NCBI GenBank assembly: GCA_963798085.1
Contig: CAWCRS010000007.1
Span: forward strand, 1,824,001 to 1,888,000
Reading direction: 5' to 3'
DNA: 64,000 bases
Source: an uncultured Gemmatimonadales bacterium
Lineage (GTDB): Bacteria > Gemmatimonadota > Gemmatimonadetes > Longimicrobiales > RSA9
Shown here: positions 46,168 through 55,616 of the stretch, piece after piece
Position numbering within the stretch: the stretch's first letter is position 1
Layout: each line of letters begins with the position of its first letter
Notes under the pieces: generated by a model
Databases searched by the model: none
Told to the model about the DNA's origin: nothing
Seen by the model: the letters and a program-made list of their open reading frames with translations, nothing else
Made by a program: the position numbers and the translations under genes

Positions 46168-47325
46168 ATGAGCCTGCCCCGCATTCTGCTGTCGCTGCTC
46201 CTTTGCATCCACGCCGCAGCGCCCCTGGCCGGCCAGGCGCTCAACCTGGGCGCGGGCGGCGCCGGGATCAGCTTCGGTAATTCCCGCCGCTGGAGCGGGC
46301 TGCGCCTCAATCTCATCGACCACAATGTCGAAAGTGTGAATGGCATTAACCTGACGTTGTGGAAGCCGAAACCGAGTCCGGCATTCCGCATGAACGGCCT
46401 GGCCCTCGGCCTGTTCGGGCCGCAGGCCGCCACCCTCAATGGTGCTGCGCTCGGTGTGGGCGGCGTCGTGGCGGATCGCGATCTCAATGGAATCGGCATC
46501 GCCGGCTTCGGTGTCGTGGCGCAGGGGTCGTTGCGCGGCATCGCGATCGCCGGACTCGGTGTCGTCGCGCAGCAGGATCTCGCAGGCGTGGGCATCGCTG
46601 GTTTCGGTGCCGTCGCGCAGGGCAGAATGATCGGTATCACGCTGGCCGGGCTGGGTGCGGTCGCAGAAGGCGACATCGCCGGCATCACCTTCGCCGGCCT
46701 GGGCACCGTCAGCCAGGGCTCGATAACCGGTGTTAGTGTGGGCGGTCTCGGCCTCGTCGCGCAACGCGACCTCACCGGCATCAACATTGGCGGCCTGGGC
46801 GCGGTGGCGCAGGGTCGCGCTCGCTGGCTCACCATCGCCACGCTGGGCGTAGTCGCCGAAAGCGGCCTGGACGGCATTGCCATCGCCGGACTGGGCGTGG
46901 TCACACAGGGCCGGATGCGCGGCCTGTCGATCGCCGGGCTCGGCGTCGTCGGGAATGGCGGCATTGACGGCATCGCCATTGGTGGCGTGGGCGTCGCCGC
47001 GTCGGAGCAGCCACTGCACGGCCTCGCCCTCACACTGGGCGAGGTGAATGCCAGCGAGGCGACCGGCATCGCGCTGGCCGGCTATCGCATCAGGGTCCCG
47101 GCCGTGCACGGAGCCGCACTATCCGTCCTCCTGACGCGCACGGAACAGCTCGATGGCATTGCCATCGCTGCTTACAACAATGTTCGCACCGTGCAGAACG
47201 GCATCGCCATCGGCCTGCTGAATCGTGCGCAGGCGCTGCACGGCGTGCAGCTGGGCGCACTCAACTTCGCGGGCAACAATCGTGGTGTGCTGCGCTGGCT
47301 GCCGCTGCTCAACCTGCACCACTGA
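46168..47325 (+). CDS. Secreted glycine-rich tandem-repeat protein (~12 x 16-aa repeats, predicted beta-solenoid)
   Basis: Signal peptide; repeats G(I/V)xIAG(L/F)GxVAQxxxx; C-terminus GIAIGLLN..LHGVQLG..N..LPLLN. Confidence 0.85.
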   Translation: MSLPRILLSLLLCIHAAAPLAGQALNLGAGGAGISFGNSRRWSGLRLNLIDHNVESVNGINLTLWKPKPSPAFRMNGLALGLFGPQAATLNGAALGVGGVVADRDLNGIGIAGFGVVAQGSLRGIAIAGLGVVAQQDLAGVGIAGFGAVAQGRMIGITLAGLGAVAEGDIAGITFAGLGTVSQGSITGVSVGGLGLVAQRDLTGINIGGLGAVAQGRARWLTIATLGVVAESGLDGIAIAGLGVVTQGRMRGLSIAGLGVVGNGGIDGIAIGGVGVAASEQPLHGLALTLGEVNASEATGIALAGYRIRVPAVHGAALSVLLTRTEQLDGIAIAAYNNVRTVQNGIAIGLLNRAQALHGVQLGALNFAGNNRGVLRWLPLLNLHH

Positions 47326-47338
47326 GCCGCAGGGACTG

Positions 47339-48403
47339 CTACTCCTCGAACAACCCCAGCTGGCCTGCGCGCAGCGGCCGGCGGAACGCGGCGGTCGACA
47401 GCGGCGGAATGTCATCGGGGATACCCGCCTTGCGCTTCGCCGCTGCGAACAGAGCGCCGATCTGCTCCGCGATTTCGCCCTCGCCGCGCATGCGCGATCC
47501 GAATTCCGGATCGTTCAACCGGCCGCCGTGCAGCTCGCGGACGCGCCCCAGCACCTTGCTCCTGCGCTCCGGGAAATGCCGCTCGAGCCAGTCACTGAAC
47601 AGCTCCTTCACGCCGTGCGGCAGCCGCAGCATGACGTAGCCCGCCGAGCGGGCGCCCGCCTCCGCCGCGGCTTTCAGGATCGCCGGCATCTCGTGATCCG
47701 TGAGCCCGGGAATCACCGGGGCCACCAGCACGCGCACGGGCACACCCGCCTTGCTCAGCGCCTCGATCGCTGCCAGCCGTTTCGCGGGCACGGACGTCCG
47801 TGGCTCCATGATGCGTTGCAGCCTGTTATCGAGCGACGTGACCGAGACATTCACCGTTGCCGCCTGGTCCGCGGCCAGCGCGCACAGCAGATCGATGTCG
47901 CGCGTGACCAGGTGGTTCTTGGTGACGATCGACACGGGGTTGCGGAACTCCGCCAGCACCTCCAGACACCCGCGCGTGATGCGCAGGCGGCGCTCGGCCG
48001 GCTGGTAGGGGTCCGTCACGCCGCTCAACGCCAGCAGGCGAGGTTCCCAGCGCGGCGAAGACAGTTCGCGGCGCAGCAGTCTGGCCGCGTCCACCTTCAC
48101 CAGAATCTTCGTCTCGAAATCCAGGCCCGCCGAGAATCCCAGGTACTCGTGCGTGGGCCGCGCATAACAGTAGATGCAGCCGTGCTCGCAGCCGCGATAC
48201 GGATTGATGCTGGCGTCGAAAGGAACATCCGGGCTGTCATTGCGCGCGATGACCGAGCGCGAGGCATCACGCAGGAACTGCGTAGCCGGCCCCGGATCGT
48301 CTTCCTCGCGCGCCGCCGGGTCGGGCACTACGACGAGTGATTCGAAGCGGTTCTTCGGATTGTCCGCGGCGCCGCGTCCTCGCAACGTGCTCGACGGCTT
48401 CAA
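47339..48403 (-). CDS. PA0069/Rv2578c-type radical SAM protein (SplB-like, putative DNA repair)
   Basis: SINPYRGCEHGCIYCYARPTHEYLG (CxxxCxxC), TDPYQPAE and APVIPGLTD. Confidence 0.92.
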   Translation of the reverse strand: MKPSSTLRGRGAADNPKNRFESLVVVPDPAAREEDDPGPATQFLRDASRSVIARNDSPDVPFDASINPYRGCEHGCIYCYARPTHEYLGFSAGLDFETKILVKVDAARLLRRELSSPRWEPRLLALSGVTDPYQPAERRLRITRGCLEVLAEFRNPVSIVTKNHLVTRDIDLLCALAADQAATVNVSVTSLDNRLQRIMEPRTSVPAKRLAAIEALSKAGVPVRVLVAPVIPGLTDHEMPAILKAAAEAGARSAGYVMLRLPHGVKELFSDWLERHFPERRSKVLGRVRELHGGRLNDPEFGSRMRGEGEIAEQIGALFAAAKRKAGIPDDIPPLSTAAFRRPLRAGQLGLFEE

Positions 48404-48795
48404 GCTTCCTCCGTCACCGGCAGAATCACGAACAATGCCAGCAGGATGAGCACACCAGCAATGTAGAGTCCCGGGTGTCGCGTGACCAGCCAGATGATCG
48501 CGCCCAGCAGTGCGGGCGCTTCGGCGACGGCCCAGCCCACCAGGGGCAGGGCTGTGCGCTTGCCGGGATCGGCAGTGCGCGACTGCAGCATGCGCACGGC
48601 CGTCACCGCGCCCAGCGTCACGAATGTGAGCAGGCTGAACGCGAGTCGCAGCGTGTTCAAGGACGCGGGCGGCGCCAGCGACGCCGATCGCGTCCGGATC
48701 ATGTAGAACACGATGCCGCCGAGTATCGTCACACCGGCCACCAGCGCGAGCCGGATCACGCGCAGCTGCCGCGCAGTCACCGAATCACTTGCCAT
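48400..48795 (-). CDS. Small membrane protein (~131 aa, about four TM segments)
   Basis: ATG 48795 preceded by GGAGG; four hydrophobic segments; stop overlaps the radical SAM start. Confidence 0.7.
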   Translation of the reverse strand: MASDSVTARQLRVIRLALVAGVTILGGIVFYMIRTRSASLAPPASLNTLRLAFSLLTFVTLGAVTAVRMLQSRTADPGKRTALPLVGWAVAEAPALLGAIIWLVTRHPGLYIAGVLILLALFVILPVTEEA

Positions 48796-48956
48796 GCGCG
48801 TTCCTCCAGCATGTCCGTTCCTCTCCTCTACACCGGCCGCGTCGGGTTGACGCCTGTTGCCGCTGCCGTCATCTTCGATTCGGCCAGTCCACGAGTCCGT
48901 GGCAGGTCCCGGAGGCAGTTCCCCGCATCGCGAATACCCGCTCGAGCCGCTGACTC

Positions 48957-51900
48957 GTGATTTCGCGCCTCGCCAGCAAGGCCAGTGCGCGCGCCGCGCC
49001 ATTGCGTGCGCGCGCGCTCCTGCGTACCGCAATCCTCGCTACCCTGCTGCTCCCTGGCCTGGCGCGTGCGCAGGATCCCGACGATGAGCCTGTGCAACGC
49101 TGGCTCTATTTCTATGAGCCGCGCGCTTTCCCGTTCGCGCGCGTGCCCGCCGGTGCGCTGCAGCGCGCCCGTCTCCAGATGGCCGCGCGCTGGCCGCAGC
49201 TCTTTGCGCGACCCTCCGCCAGCAGCAGCCTCGCCGCGACCAGTGTCTGGACCAGCATCGGCCCGGCACCCGTAGACCAGGGCACTTCCGGCCGCATTGC
49301 CACGGTCGCGGTGCACCCCACGGATTCGCGCATCATCTACATTGGCGCGGCACAGGGTGGCGTCTGGAAGAGCGTGGATGGCGGCGGAAGCTGGGTGCCG
49401 TTGACCGACAACGAATGCTCCCTCGCGATGGGCTCCCTCGTCATCGATCCCGTCAATCCGCAGATCGTATACGCGGGCACGGGCGAGCTGAATTTTTCCG
49501 GCGACAGCTACTACGGCTGTGGCGTGCTGCGTTCGACGGACGGTGGTGCCAGCTGGACGCAGCTGGGCGCCGTCACCTTCGACTCTCCCGCCGGCGGCGC
49601 ACGCATCAGCAGGCTCGCGATCGATCCCGGCACGGCCGGCTCGGCATCGGGCACGACCGTCATGGCCGCGAGTAACGTCGGACTCTGGCGCTCCCACGAC
49701 AGTGGCCTCACCTGGGATCTCGCGCTCGGCGGCACGGCCACCGATGTCGTGTTCGACCCCGCTAATCCGGCCATCGTCTACGCGGCCCTCGGTATTGCCG
49801 GCGGCAACGCGGTGAACGGCGTGTACCGCAGCACCGATCACGGCATCACGTTCTCGCGCCTGACCGCTTTTCCCACCGCGGACATCGGACGCATTGCGCT
49901 GGCAATCGCACCGAGTGCGCCAAATATTCTGTATGCGGCCGTGCAGGATGCCATCAATGGATCCGGCAACGACAGCCAGCTGCTCGGCATCTGGAAAACC
50001 ACGGACGGGGGCACGACCTGGGCACGCGTCACCGCCAGCGGCGCCGATTGTGCCAGCCAATGCTGGTACAACCTCGTCCTGCTCACCGACCCGCTCGATC
50101 CCAGCCTGGTGTATTTTGGCGGCGTCGTTCTCTATCGCTCCGATGATGGCGGCGCCTCTTTCCGCAGTATCCTGCGCAACATCCATGTCGATCAGCACGC
50201 CATTGCCGTCGACCCGAAGGCGCCGGCCACCATCTTCGCCGGCAATGATGGCGGCATCTTCCGCTCCCCGGATCGCGGTGCCACCTGGACCAGCCTCAAC
50301 ACCAATCTGGCCATAACACAGTTTTACGCCGGCATCTCGCTGCACCCGACGAACCCCTCGTTCGCGCTCGGCGGCACGCAGGACAATGGCACGCTCGAAT
50401 TCGGCGGCAACCTGCAGTGGACCACCGTGCTGGGCGGTGACGGCGGTTACACCGCCGTCAATCGCCAGGACCCGAACATCGCATGGGCCGAAACCCAGTG
50501 GTCGCAGAATTCCGGTTTCTCCGGGCCCCGCCGCCGCATCGGCGGCGGCAGCATTTCCGCCCTCAAGACCACCGGCATCGATCCCTCCGACCGCGCACTC
50601 TTCATTCCTCCGCTGGTCATCGACCGGAATGATGGCAACACGCTCTACTTCGGCACCTTCCGCGTGTATCGCACCACCAATAACGGCGAGTTGTGGGCGC
50701 CCATAAGCCCCGACATGACACGCGGCCAGACCGGTCGCGTCTCCGCGATCGCGCCCGCGCCCGGGAGCGCTTCCGTCATTTACGTCGGCACCAATGATGG
50801 CAACGTCCAGGTCAGCCGTGATGGCGGTGCTAACTGGTTGTTGAGCACCACCGGCCTGCCCACGCGCGCGGTCACCGACATTGCCGTCGATCCCGAAAAC
50901 CCCGCGGTCGCCGTGCTCAGCGTTTCCGGCTTCGGCACCGGCCACGTCTTCCGCACCACCGATTTCGGCGGCACATGGTCCGACATCAGCGCCAACCTGC
51001 CGGGCGACCCCGTCAATGCCGTGCTCACCGACCGCGGCCTGGGCCAGGACATCTACATCGGCACGGATCTCGGCATCTTCCGCAGTACCGACGTGGGCCG
51101 GAGCTGGACGCCCTTCGGCGACGGCCTGCCCCACGTCGCCGTCTTCGACCTCGCCTACAACAGCGCCACCGGCGTCGCCCTTGCCGCGACGCACGGGCGA
51201 GGCATGTTCTCGTTCCGTCCGGTCATCGCCGCGGCCGTCCTGCTGGCGCCGGACACACTGCACTTCGCCTCGCTCGAGGACACCGTCCGCCTGCACGCGA
51301 CCGCGCTCGACACGGCCGGCGCCGTGCTGCCCGCCGCGTTTTCCTGGAGTTCGCTCGATCCCGCCGTCGCCACGGTCAATGGCACCGGCCTGGTGCGCTC
51401 GCGCGGCAATGGTGAAACCCGCATCGTCGCCCTCTATGCCGGCATCGCCGATACCGCGCGCGTGCGCGTCGACCAGGTCGCCGTTGCCATCACGGGTGTG
51501 CCCGATTCGCTGCTGCTCATTGCCGGCGAAACGCGCGCCGCCACCGGCCGCGCCGTCAATGCCAACGGCCAGCCGCTCGCCGGCACCGGCCTCGCCTGGG
51601 CTTCTTCTAACACGGCGGTAGCAGCGGTCGATGCTGCGGGCGCGATCAGCGGCGTCGGTGTGGGCACGGCGCTCGTCACCGCCGTGAGCGGCGCCCTGCG
51701 CGACTCCAGCGTGGTGACTGTTGCGGCGCCCGCCGTGGCGACGGTGACCGCGGCCGCGCTGCCGGCCACCGCTTCGCCGCGCGGCGCCGCTGGCACTCGC
51801 CTGCCCATGCTGGGGCTGCATTTCCAGGTCGCGGGCGTCGAAGCCATCGAAGTCACGCGCCTCGGTTTCCAGTTGTCGGGCGACGACGCCGGCGCCGCTC

Positions 51901-52550
51901 TCGTCGTGCTGCGCGACGCCAATGGCGATGGCGCCATCAGTCCCGGCGACCCGGTACTGGCGCGCTCTCTCATAACACTGCGCAAGGGCACGACGGTATC
52001 GCTCACCATTTCCCCATCCGGCTTCTCTGTGGCGGCGGGCGGTTCGGCAACGCTGCTCGTCGCTGTCGAGTTGAGCGGGCAGGCGCCCAATGGTGCGGAG
52101 TTCCGGGCTACCTTCGTCCCCGCGCAGACCAGCTCGACGAACGTGCGTTCCGGCGCCCACGATCTGCTGATCCTGCCGCCGACGCCCGTCGCCTCCGCAA
52201 TCGTGCGCTCCACGGTGCTCAACACCGATCAGCTGCTCGGCTTCAGCGAGAATCCGGTGCGGTCGGCTCACGTGATCTTCAATTTTGCCGAGCGTCCCTC
52301 GCGAGCCGCCGTCTACACCGTGACCGGGCGGCTGGTCATCGATCTGGCATCGCGCATCAATGATGATGGTCGCTACGAGTGGGATCTGCGAAATGGCGAT
52401 GGCGAACTGGTGGCGCCCGGCGTCTACCTGGTGATCTTCACGGTACGCAACACGGTCATGCGCGAGCGCCTCATTGTGCTGCGGCCCGGACCTGCACCAG
52501 GACCCGAGTCGCCCCGTGACGCTCAGCCCTTCTTCGCCGCGCGCTCATAG
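48957..52550 (+). CDS. Large secreted protein: BNR/Asp-box beta-propeller (VPS10/GH74-like), Ig-like repeats and a C-terminal FlgD/T9SS-sorting-like domain
   Basis: Signal peptide; many S/T-x-D-x-G-x-(S/T)-W repeats; Big_2-like WSSLDPAVATV and WASSNTAVAAV; C-terminal ENPV..YTVTGRLV..WDLRNGDG..PGVY. Confidence 0.88.
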   Translation: MISRLASKASARAAPLRARALLRTAILATLLLPGLARAQDPDDEPVQRWLYFYEPRAFPFARVPAGALQRARLQMAARWPQLFARPSASSSLAATSVWTSIGPAPVDQGTSGRIATVAVHPTDSRIIYIGAAQGGVWKSVDGGGSWVPLTDNECSLAMGSLVIDPVNPQIVYAGTGELNFSGDSYYGCGVLRSTDGGASWTQLGAVTFDSPAGGARISRLAIDPGTAGSASGTTVMAASNVGLWRSHDSGLTWDLALGGTATDVVFDPANPAIVYAALGIAGGNAVNGVYRSTDHGITFSRLTAFPTADIGRIALAIAPSAPNILYAAVQDAINGSGNDSQLLGIWKTTDGGTTWARVTASGADCASQCWYNLVLLTDPLDPSLVYFGGVVLYRSDDGGASFRSILRNIHVDQHAIAVDPKAPATIFAGNDGGIFRSPDRGATWTSLNTNLAITQFYAGISLHPTNPSFALGGTQDNGTLEFGGNLQWTTVLGGDGGYTAVNRQDPNIAWAETQWSQNSGFSGPRRRIGGGSISALKTTGIDPSDRALFIPPLVIDRNDGNTLYFGTFRVYRTTNNGELWAPISPDMTRGQTGRVSAIAPAPGSASVIYVGTNDGNVQVSRDGGANWLLSTTGLPTRAVTDIAVDPENPAVAVLSVSGFGTGHVFRTTDFGGTWSDISANLPGDPVNAVLTDRGLGQDIYIGTDLGIFRSTDVGRSWTPFGDGLPHVAVFDLAYNSATGVALAATHGRGMFSFRPVIAAAVLLAPDTLHFASLEDTVRLHATALDTAGAVLPAAFSWSSLDPAVATVNGTGLVRSRGNGETRIVALYAGIADTARVRVDQVAVAITGVPDSLLLIAGETRAATGRAVNANGQPLAGTGLAWASSNTAVAAVDAAGAISGVGVGTALVTAVSGALRDSSVVTVAAPAVATVTAAALPATASPRGAAGTRLPMLGLHFQVAGVEAIEVTRLGFQLSGDDAGAALVVLRDANGDGAISPGDPVLARSLITLRKGTTVSLTISPSGFSVAAGGSATLLVAVELSGQAPNGAEFRATFVPAQTSSTNVRSGAHDLLILPPTPVASAIVRSTVLNTDQLLGFSENPVRSAHVIFNFAERPSRAAVYTVTGRLVIDLASRINDDGRYEWDLRNGDGELVAPGVYLVIFTVRNTVMRERLIVLRPGPAPGPESPRDAQPFFAARS

Positions 52551-52955
52551 GGGATGATCCGTTCCCATTCATTTGCATCCGACCGCGCCACCACCGCCAC
52601 CACCGGTTCCGTCTCACTCATGTTGTAGACTTCATGGGGCACACCCGGCTCGATGAAGAATGAAGTCGCCGGCGCTGTTCTCCAGCACATTTGTCAGCCC
52701 GTCGCCGTACGCGTGCCGCACATTGCCCTCGAGTATGTACAGCATCACTTCGAATCCATCGTGGATGTGCGCCCAGGCGACACCGCCCGGCGGAATCGTC
52801 GCCACGTTCATGGACAGGCTGCGCGCGCCCACATTGCGCGACGACATGCCGGTCTTGTACTGAATGTTGTTCCACTCGCGCCAGTTGCCGCTGCCGCGAA
52901 TCGTCAGAATGCCTTCACCGCCATCAACGCGGCCGGCCCGTTCCTCCGCTGCCAT
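52523..52955 (-). CDS. Cupin domain protein (frameshift near 52655)
   Basis: AHIHDGFEVMLYILEG and AGDF; the shifted frame continues IEPGVPHEVYN to TGA at 52525-52523. Confidence 0.85.
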
Positions 52956-52971
52956 GACAGCCTCCCCCGCC

Positions 52972-54282
52972 TTACGCAGGACGACGCGCGCGCGCGCCGC
53001 CGCTCAGATCCACTGAAAGCATTTCACCGTACGGCTGATACCCTGCACGCCGCAGTACGCCATACCCCAGCCCCAGCGCCGCGACACCGATCAGGGCATC
53101 CGTAATGTCGAAGTAGCGGCCCGCGACGAACACCTGCGCCACTTCCAGTCCGCACACCAGGTACACGCCCGGCAGAATGCTGGACAGCGGCCCCCGCCGG
53201 CGCAGCGGCCACACGGCCAGCAGACCACCCAGTGGCAGCAGCTGCAGCACGGGCACCACGGCATCGGCCGCACTGAACACGTCGACGCGCTCGCGATAGG
53301 ACTGCAGTGGAATGAAGCGCGCAAGCGGCAGCTTGTGCGCGATCGTGGCCAGACTCGCTTCCGGGAAATACGGTCGCAGCGCCCACATGGCGAGGAGGAA
53401 CGCGTAGAACCAGAAAAGCAGGAGCGGCCGCGCAGCGCCGCGTACGTTGCGCGTGAAGCTGCCCAGCCAGAGCATGGCCACGACCGCGCCTGCCACGACG
53501 CCCAGCGCATGTGCCAGCACCGCACCCGTATCCATGGGAAAGCCCAGTGAGCCGTGTGTCACTTCCCCGAGCACACACAGCAGAACGCCTGCGCCCGCTG
53601 TGATGATCGCTGCCCGCTTGTAGTCCGTGCCGGCCTCGCCCAGGGCAGCCACCGCGAACACGCCGGCGGGCAGGAACAGGAGCATATCGTCGATGGGGAA
53701 CGCACCGAGCGACAACAGGTGCAGATTGCGCCATGCAACAGCCAGGCGCGCGAACAGTCCACCCGAAATGCCGGGGAATGTCTCCTGCCGGAAAAGCGGG
53801 CTCGCGGCCTCCGTGAATGCAGCGCCACCGTAGCCGACGGCGAACAGCACCATGGGCATCCCGAAATACGAGCGCTGGCCGCGTCCCGCGCGCACCAGCA
53901 CCACCAGCACAGCCGTGGCCAGCGCACCCGCGAACGCGCCCGTCGTATTGGTCACCACATCCAGAATGCTGGGGGTCCGCGCCGGTGATAACAGCTGCAG
54001 CGTTTCTGCCGCGCCGCTCAACAGCGCGCCCGCCCCGGTGCCTTTCAGGATGATCGGCCAGGCGCGGCCCGGCGCCAATGTGATGGCCCAGACTGCGCCC
54101 CAGCCCGCGAACAGCAGCACGTTGCGCAGCGCATCAATGAAATCACGACCGTGCAGCGCCGGCGTCAGCACACCGCTGATGCGGGACATTGCGCCCGCCG
54201 CCGCAATGCGTGGCTCCGCGAAAGTGGCCAGTGCGATCACCGCCACATACGCCAGCCGCGGTAACAACACGTTATACTTCAT
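52972..54282 (-). CDS. Polytopic membrane protein with multiple VanZ-like modules
   Basis: DALRNVLLF..ETLQ..PARTPSILDVVTNTTG and LEVAQVFVAGRYFDITD. Confidence 0.8.
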   Translation of the reverse strand: MKYNVLLPRLAYVAVIALATFAEPRIAAAGAMSRISGVLTPALHGRDFIDALRNVLLFAGWGAVWAITLAPGRAWPIILKGTGAGALLSGAAETLQLLSPARTPSILDVVTNTTGAFAGALATAVLVVLVRAGRGQRSYFGMPMVLFAVGYGGAAFTEAASPLFRQETFPGISGGLFARLAVAWRNLHLLSLGAFPIDDMLLFLPAGVFAVAALGEAGTDYKRAAIITAGAGVLLCVLGEVTHGSLGFPMDTGAVLAHALGVVAGAVVAMLWLGSFTRNVRGAARPLLLFWFYAFLLAMWALRPYFPEASLATIAHKLPLARFIPLQSYRERVDVFSAADAVVPVLQLLPLGGLLAVWPLRRRGPLSSILPGVYLVCGLEVAQVFVAGRYFDITDALIGVAALGLGYGVLRRAGYQPYGEMLSVDLSGGARARRPA

Positions 54283-55505
54283 GCCGTCGCCCTGGTAAGC
54301 GCGCGGCGCAGCTGCGCAGCCAGGGGAGCGGGCGTCGAACGCCGCACCACGACCTCCGGCGTTTCGTGCCAGCGCGCCAGTCGTGCGATCACGCGGCCCA
54401 GGTCGGCCGCCAGCGCTTCACCCACGCGAACCGTATCCTCCAGGAAAAGGCGGATCACCTCGAACTGCCCTGCGGCACGGTGCGCCTTCGCGTCCATGCG
54501 CGCCACCAGCCTGCCCTTCCGCAGAATGGGCAGCACGAAATAGCCGTAACGTCGTTTGGGCGCCGGCGTATAGCACTCCAGACTGTAGTCGAAGCCGAAC
54601 ATCGCGCGCAGCCGCGCGCGCTGCCAGACGATGGGATCGAAGGGTGATAACACCGTTGTCAGCGTGGCCCGCAGCTCGCCGGCCTGCGCCTGCTCCAGCA
54701 GCGCCAGCGACTCCGCACTGGCCCAGCCGGGTTGCGGCCATTCGCCGACTTCCACCGGCACCAGCTCGCCCCGTGCCGCCAGGGCCGCGACCGCATGTTC
54801 CGCGCGCTTCGGCGGCATGCGGAAATAGTCCGCCAGCCAGCGTGTCGTGGCCACGCCCAGTGCCAGCGCTGCCTTCCGGATCAGACCCTCCTCGGCCATC
54901 TCCACGGGCGGCAGCTGCGCATCGCTCCACGCCGGCAGCACCCGCTCGCGCAGGTCATACACGCGCTGGAAACGCTCGCGCCGCGCCACCATCAGATCGC
55001 CGGATGTGAACAGCAGCTCCAGCGCGCGCTTCTCCGGCTTCCAGTTCCACCAGCCACTGCCCTGCCCATCCTTGCGCTCGAAGTCGGCAGAACGCAGCGG
55101 CCCGCGCCGCTCGATCTCCGCGTGCACGTGCTCCACCACGTCACGGTGCCGCTCGAGCCACGCGTGCGAGTATTTCCATCCCATGCCACCCGGGTCGATC
55201 ATGCGGTGACGGTACAGCGCGTAGTCTTCGCTGGGCAGGAAGCTCGCCTCGTGCGACCAGTACTCGAACAGCCGGCCCTCTGCCAGGTGCTGCTCCAGCC
55301 ACGCCGGATCGTAGTCACCGAGGCGGCTCCACAGTACGAGATACGGACTGCGGGCGACGACGTGGATGGTATCGATCTGGAGCGCACCCATCCGCCGGAT
55401 CGCTGCCAGCACGTCCGCCTTCGTTGCCTTGCGTCGCCGCGGCCGGTCCAGACCCTGCGCCGCCAGCAGCACCTGCCTTGCCTGCTCCGCGGTGAGCTTC
55501 AGCAT
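54279..55505 (-). CDS. ycaQ: YcaQ/AlkZ-family (HTH_42) interstrand-crosslink repair DNA glycosylase
   Basis: LQIDTIHVVARS (QxD), LFEYWSHEA, WWNWKPEK, LSPFDPIVWQR and KRRYGYFVLP. Confidence 0.9.
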   Translation of the reverse strand: MLKLTAEQARQVLLAAQGLDRPRRRKATKADVLAAIRRMGALQIDTIHVVARSPYLVLWSRLGDYDPAWLEQHLAEGRLFEYWSHEASFLPSEDYALYRHRMIDPGGMGWKYSHAWLERHRDVVEHVHAEIERRGPLRSADFERKDGQGSGWWNWKPEKRALELLFTSGDLMVARRERFQRVYDLRERVLPAWSDAQLPPVEMAEEGLIRKAALALGVATTRWLADYFRMPPKRAEHAVAALAARGELVPVEVGEWPQPGWASAESLALLEQAQAGELRATLTTVLSPFDPIVWQRARLRAMFGFDYSLECYTPAPKRRYGYFVLPILRKGRLVARMDAKAHRAAGQFEVIRLFLEDTVRVGEALAADLGRVIARLARWHETPEVVVRRSTPAPLAAQLRRALTRATA

Positions 55506-55616
55506 GCCCGCCTCATGTCGCGTGCCGGTTTCTGCCGGCGCGCGCGGCATCGGCCAGGCGGCTGCACCGCACGAGAGACGAACTGCCGGTACCTGACAGG
55601 CTGTTATCGCTGCCCA

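Noticed and set aside
45994..47109. Two long repetitive minus-strand ORFs
   Set aside because: Antisense shadows of the plus-strand repeat protein, which has the signal peptide and coherent termini.
48828..52271. 1147-aa minus-strand ORF and similar long antisense ORFs (6594..8762, 15201..17249, 30275..32374, 61219..63687)
   Set aside because: Stop-poor opposite frames expected in high-GC coding DNA; no recognisable motifs, and each overlaps a well-supported gene.
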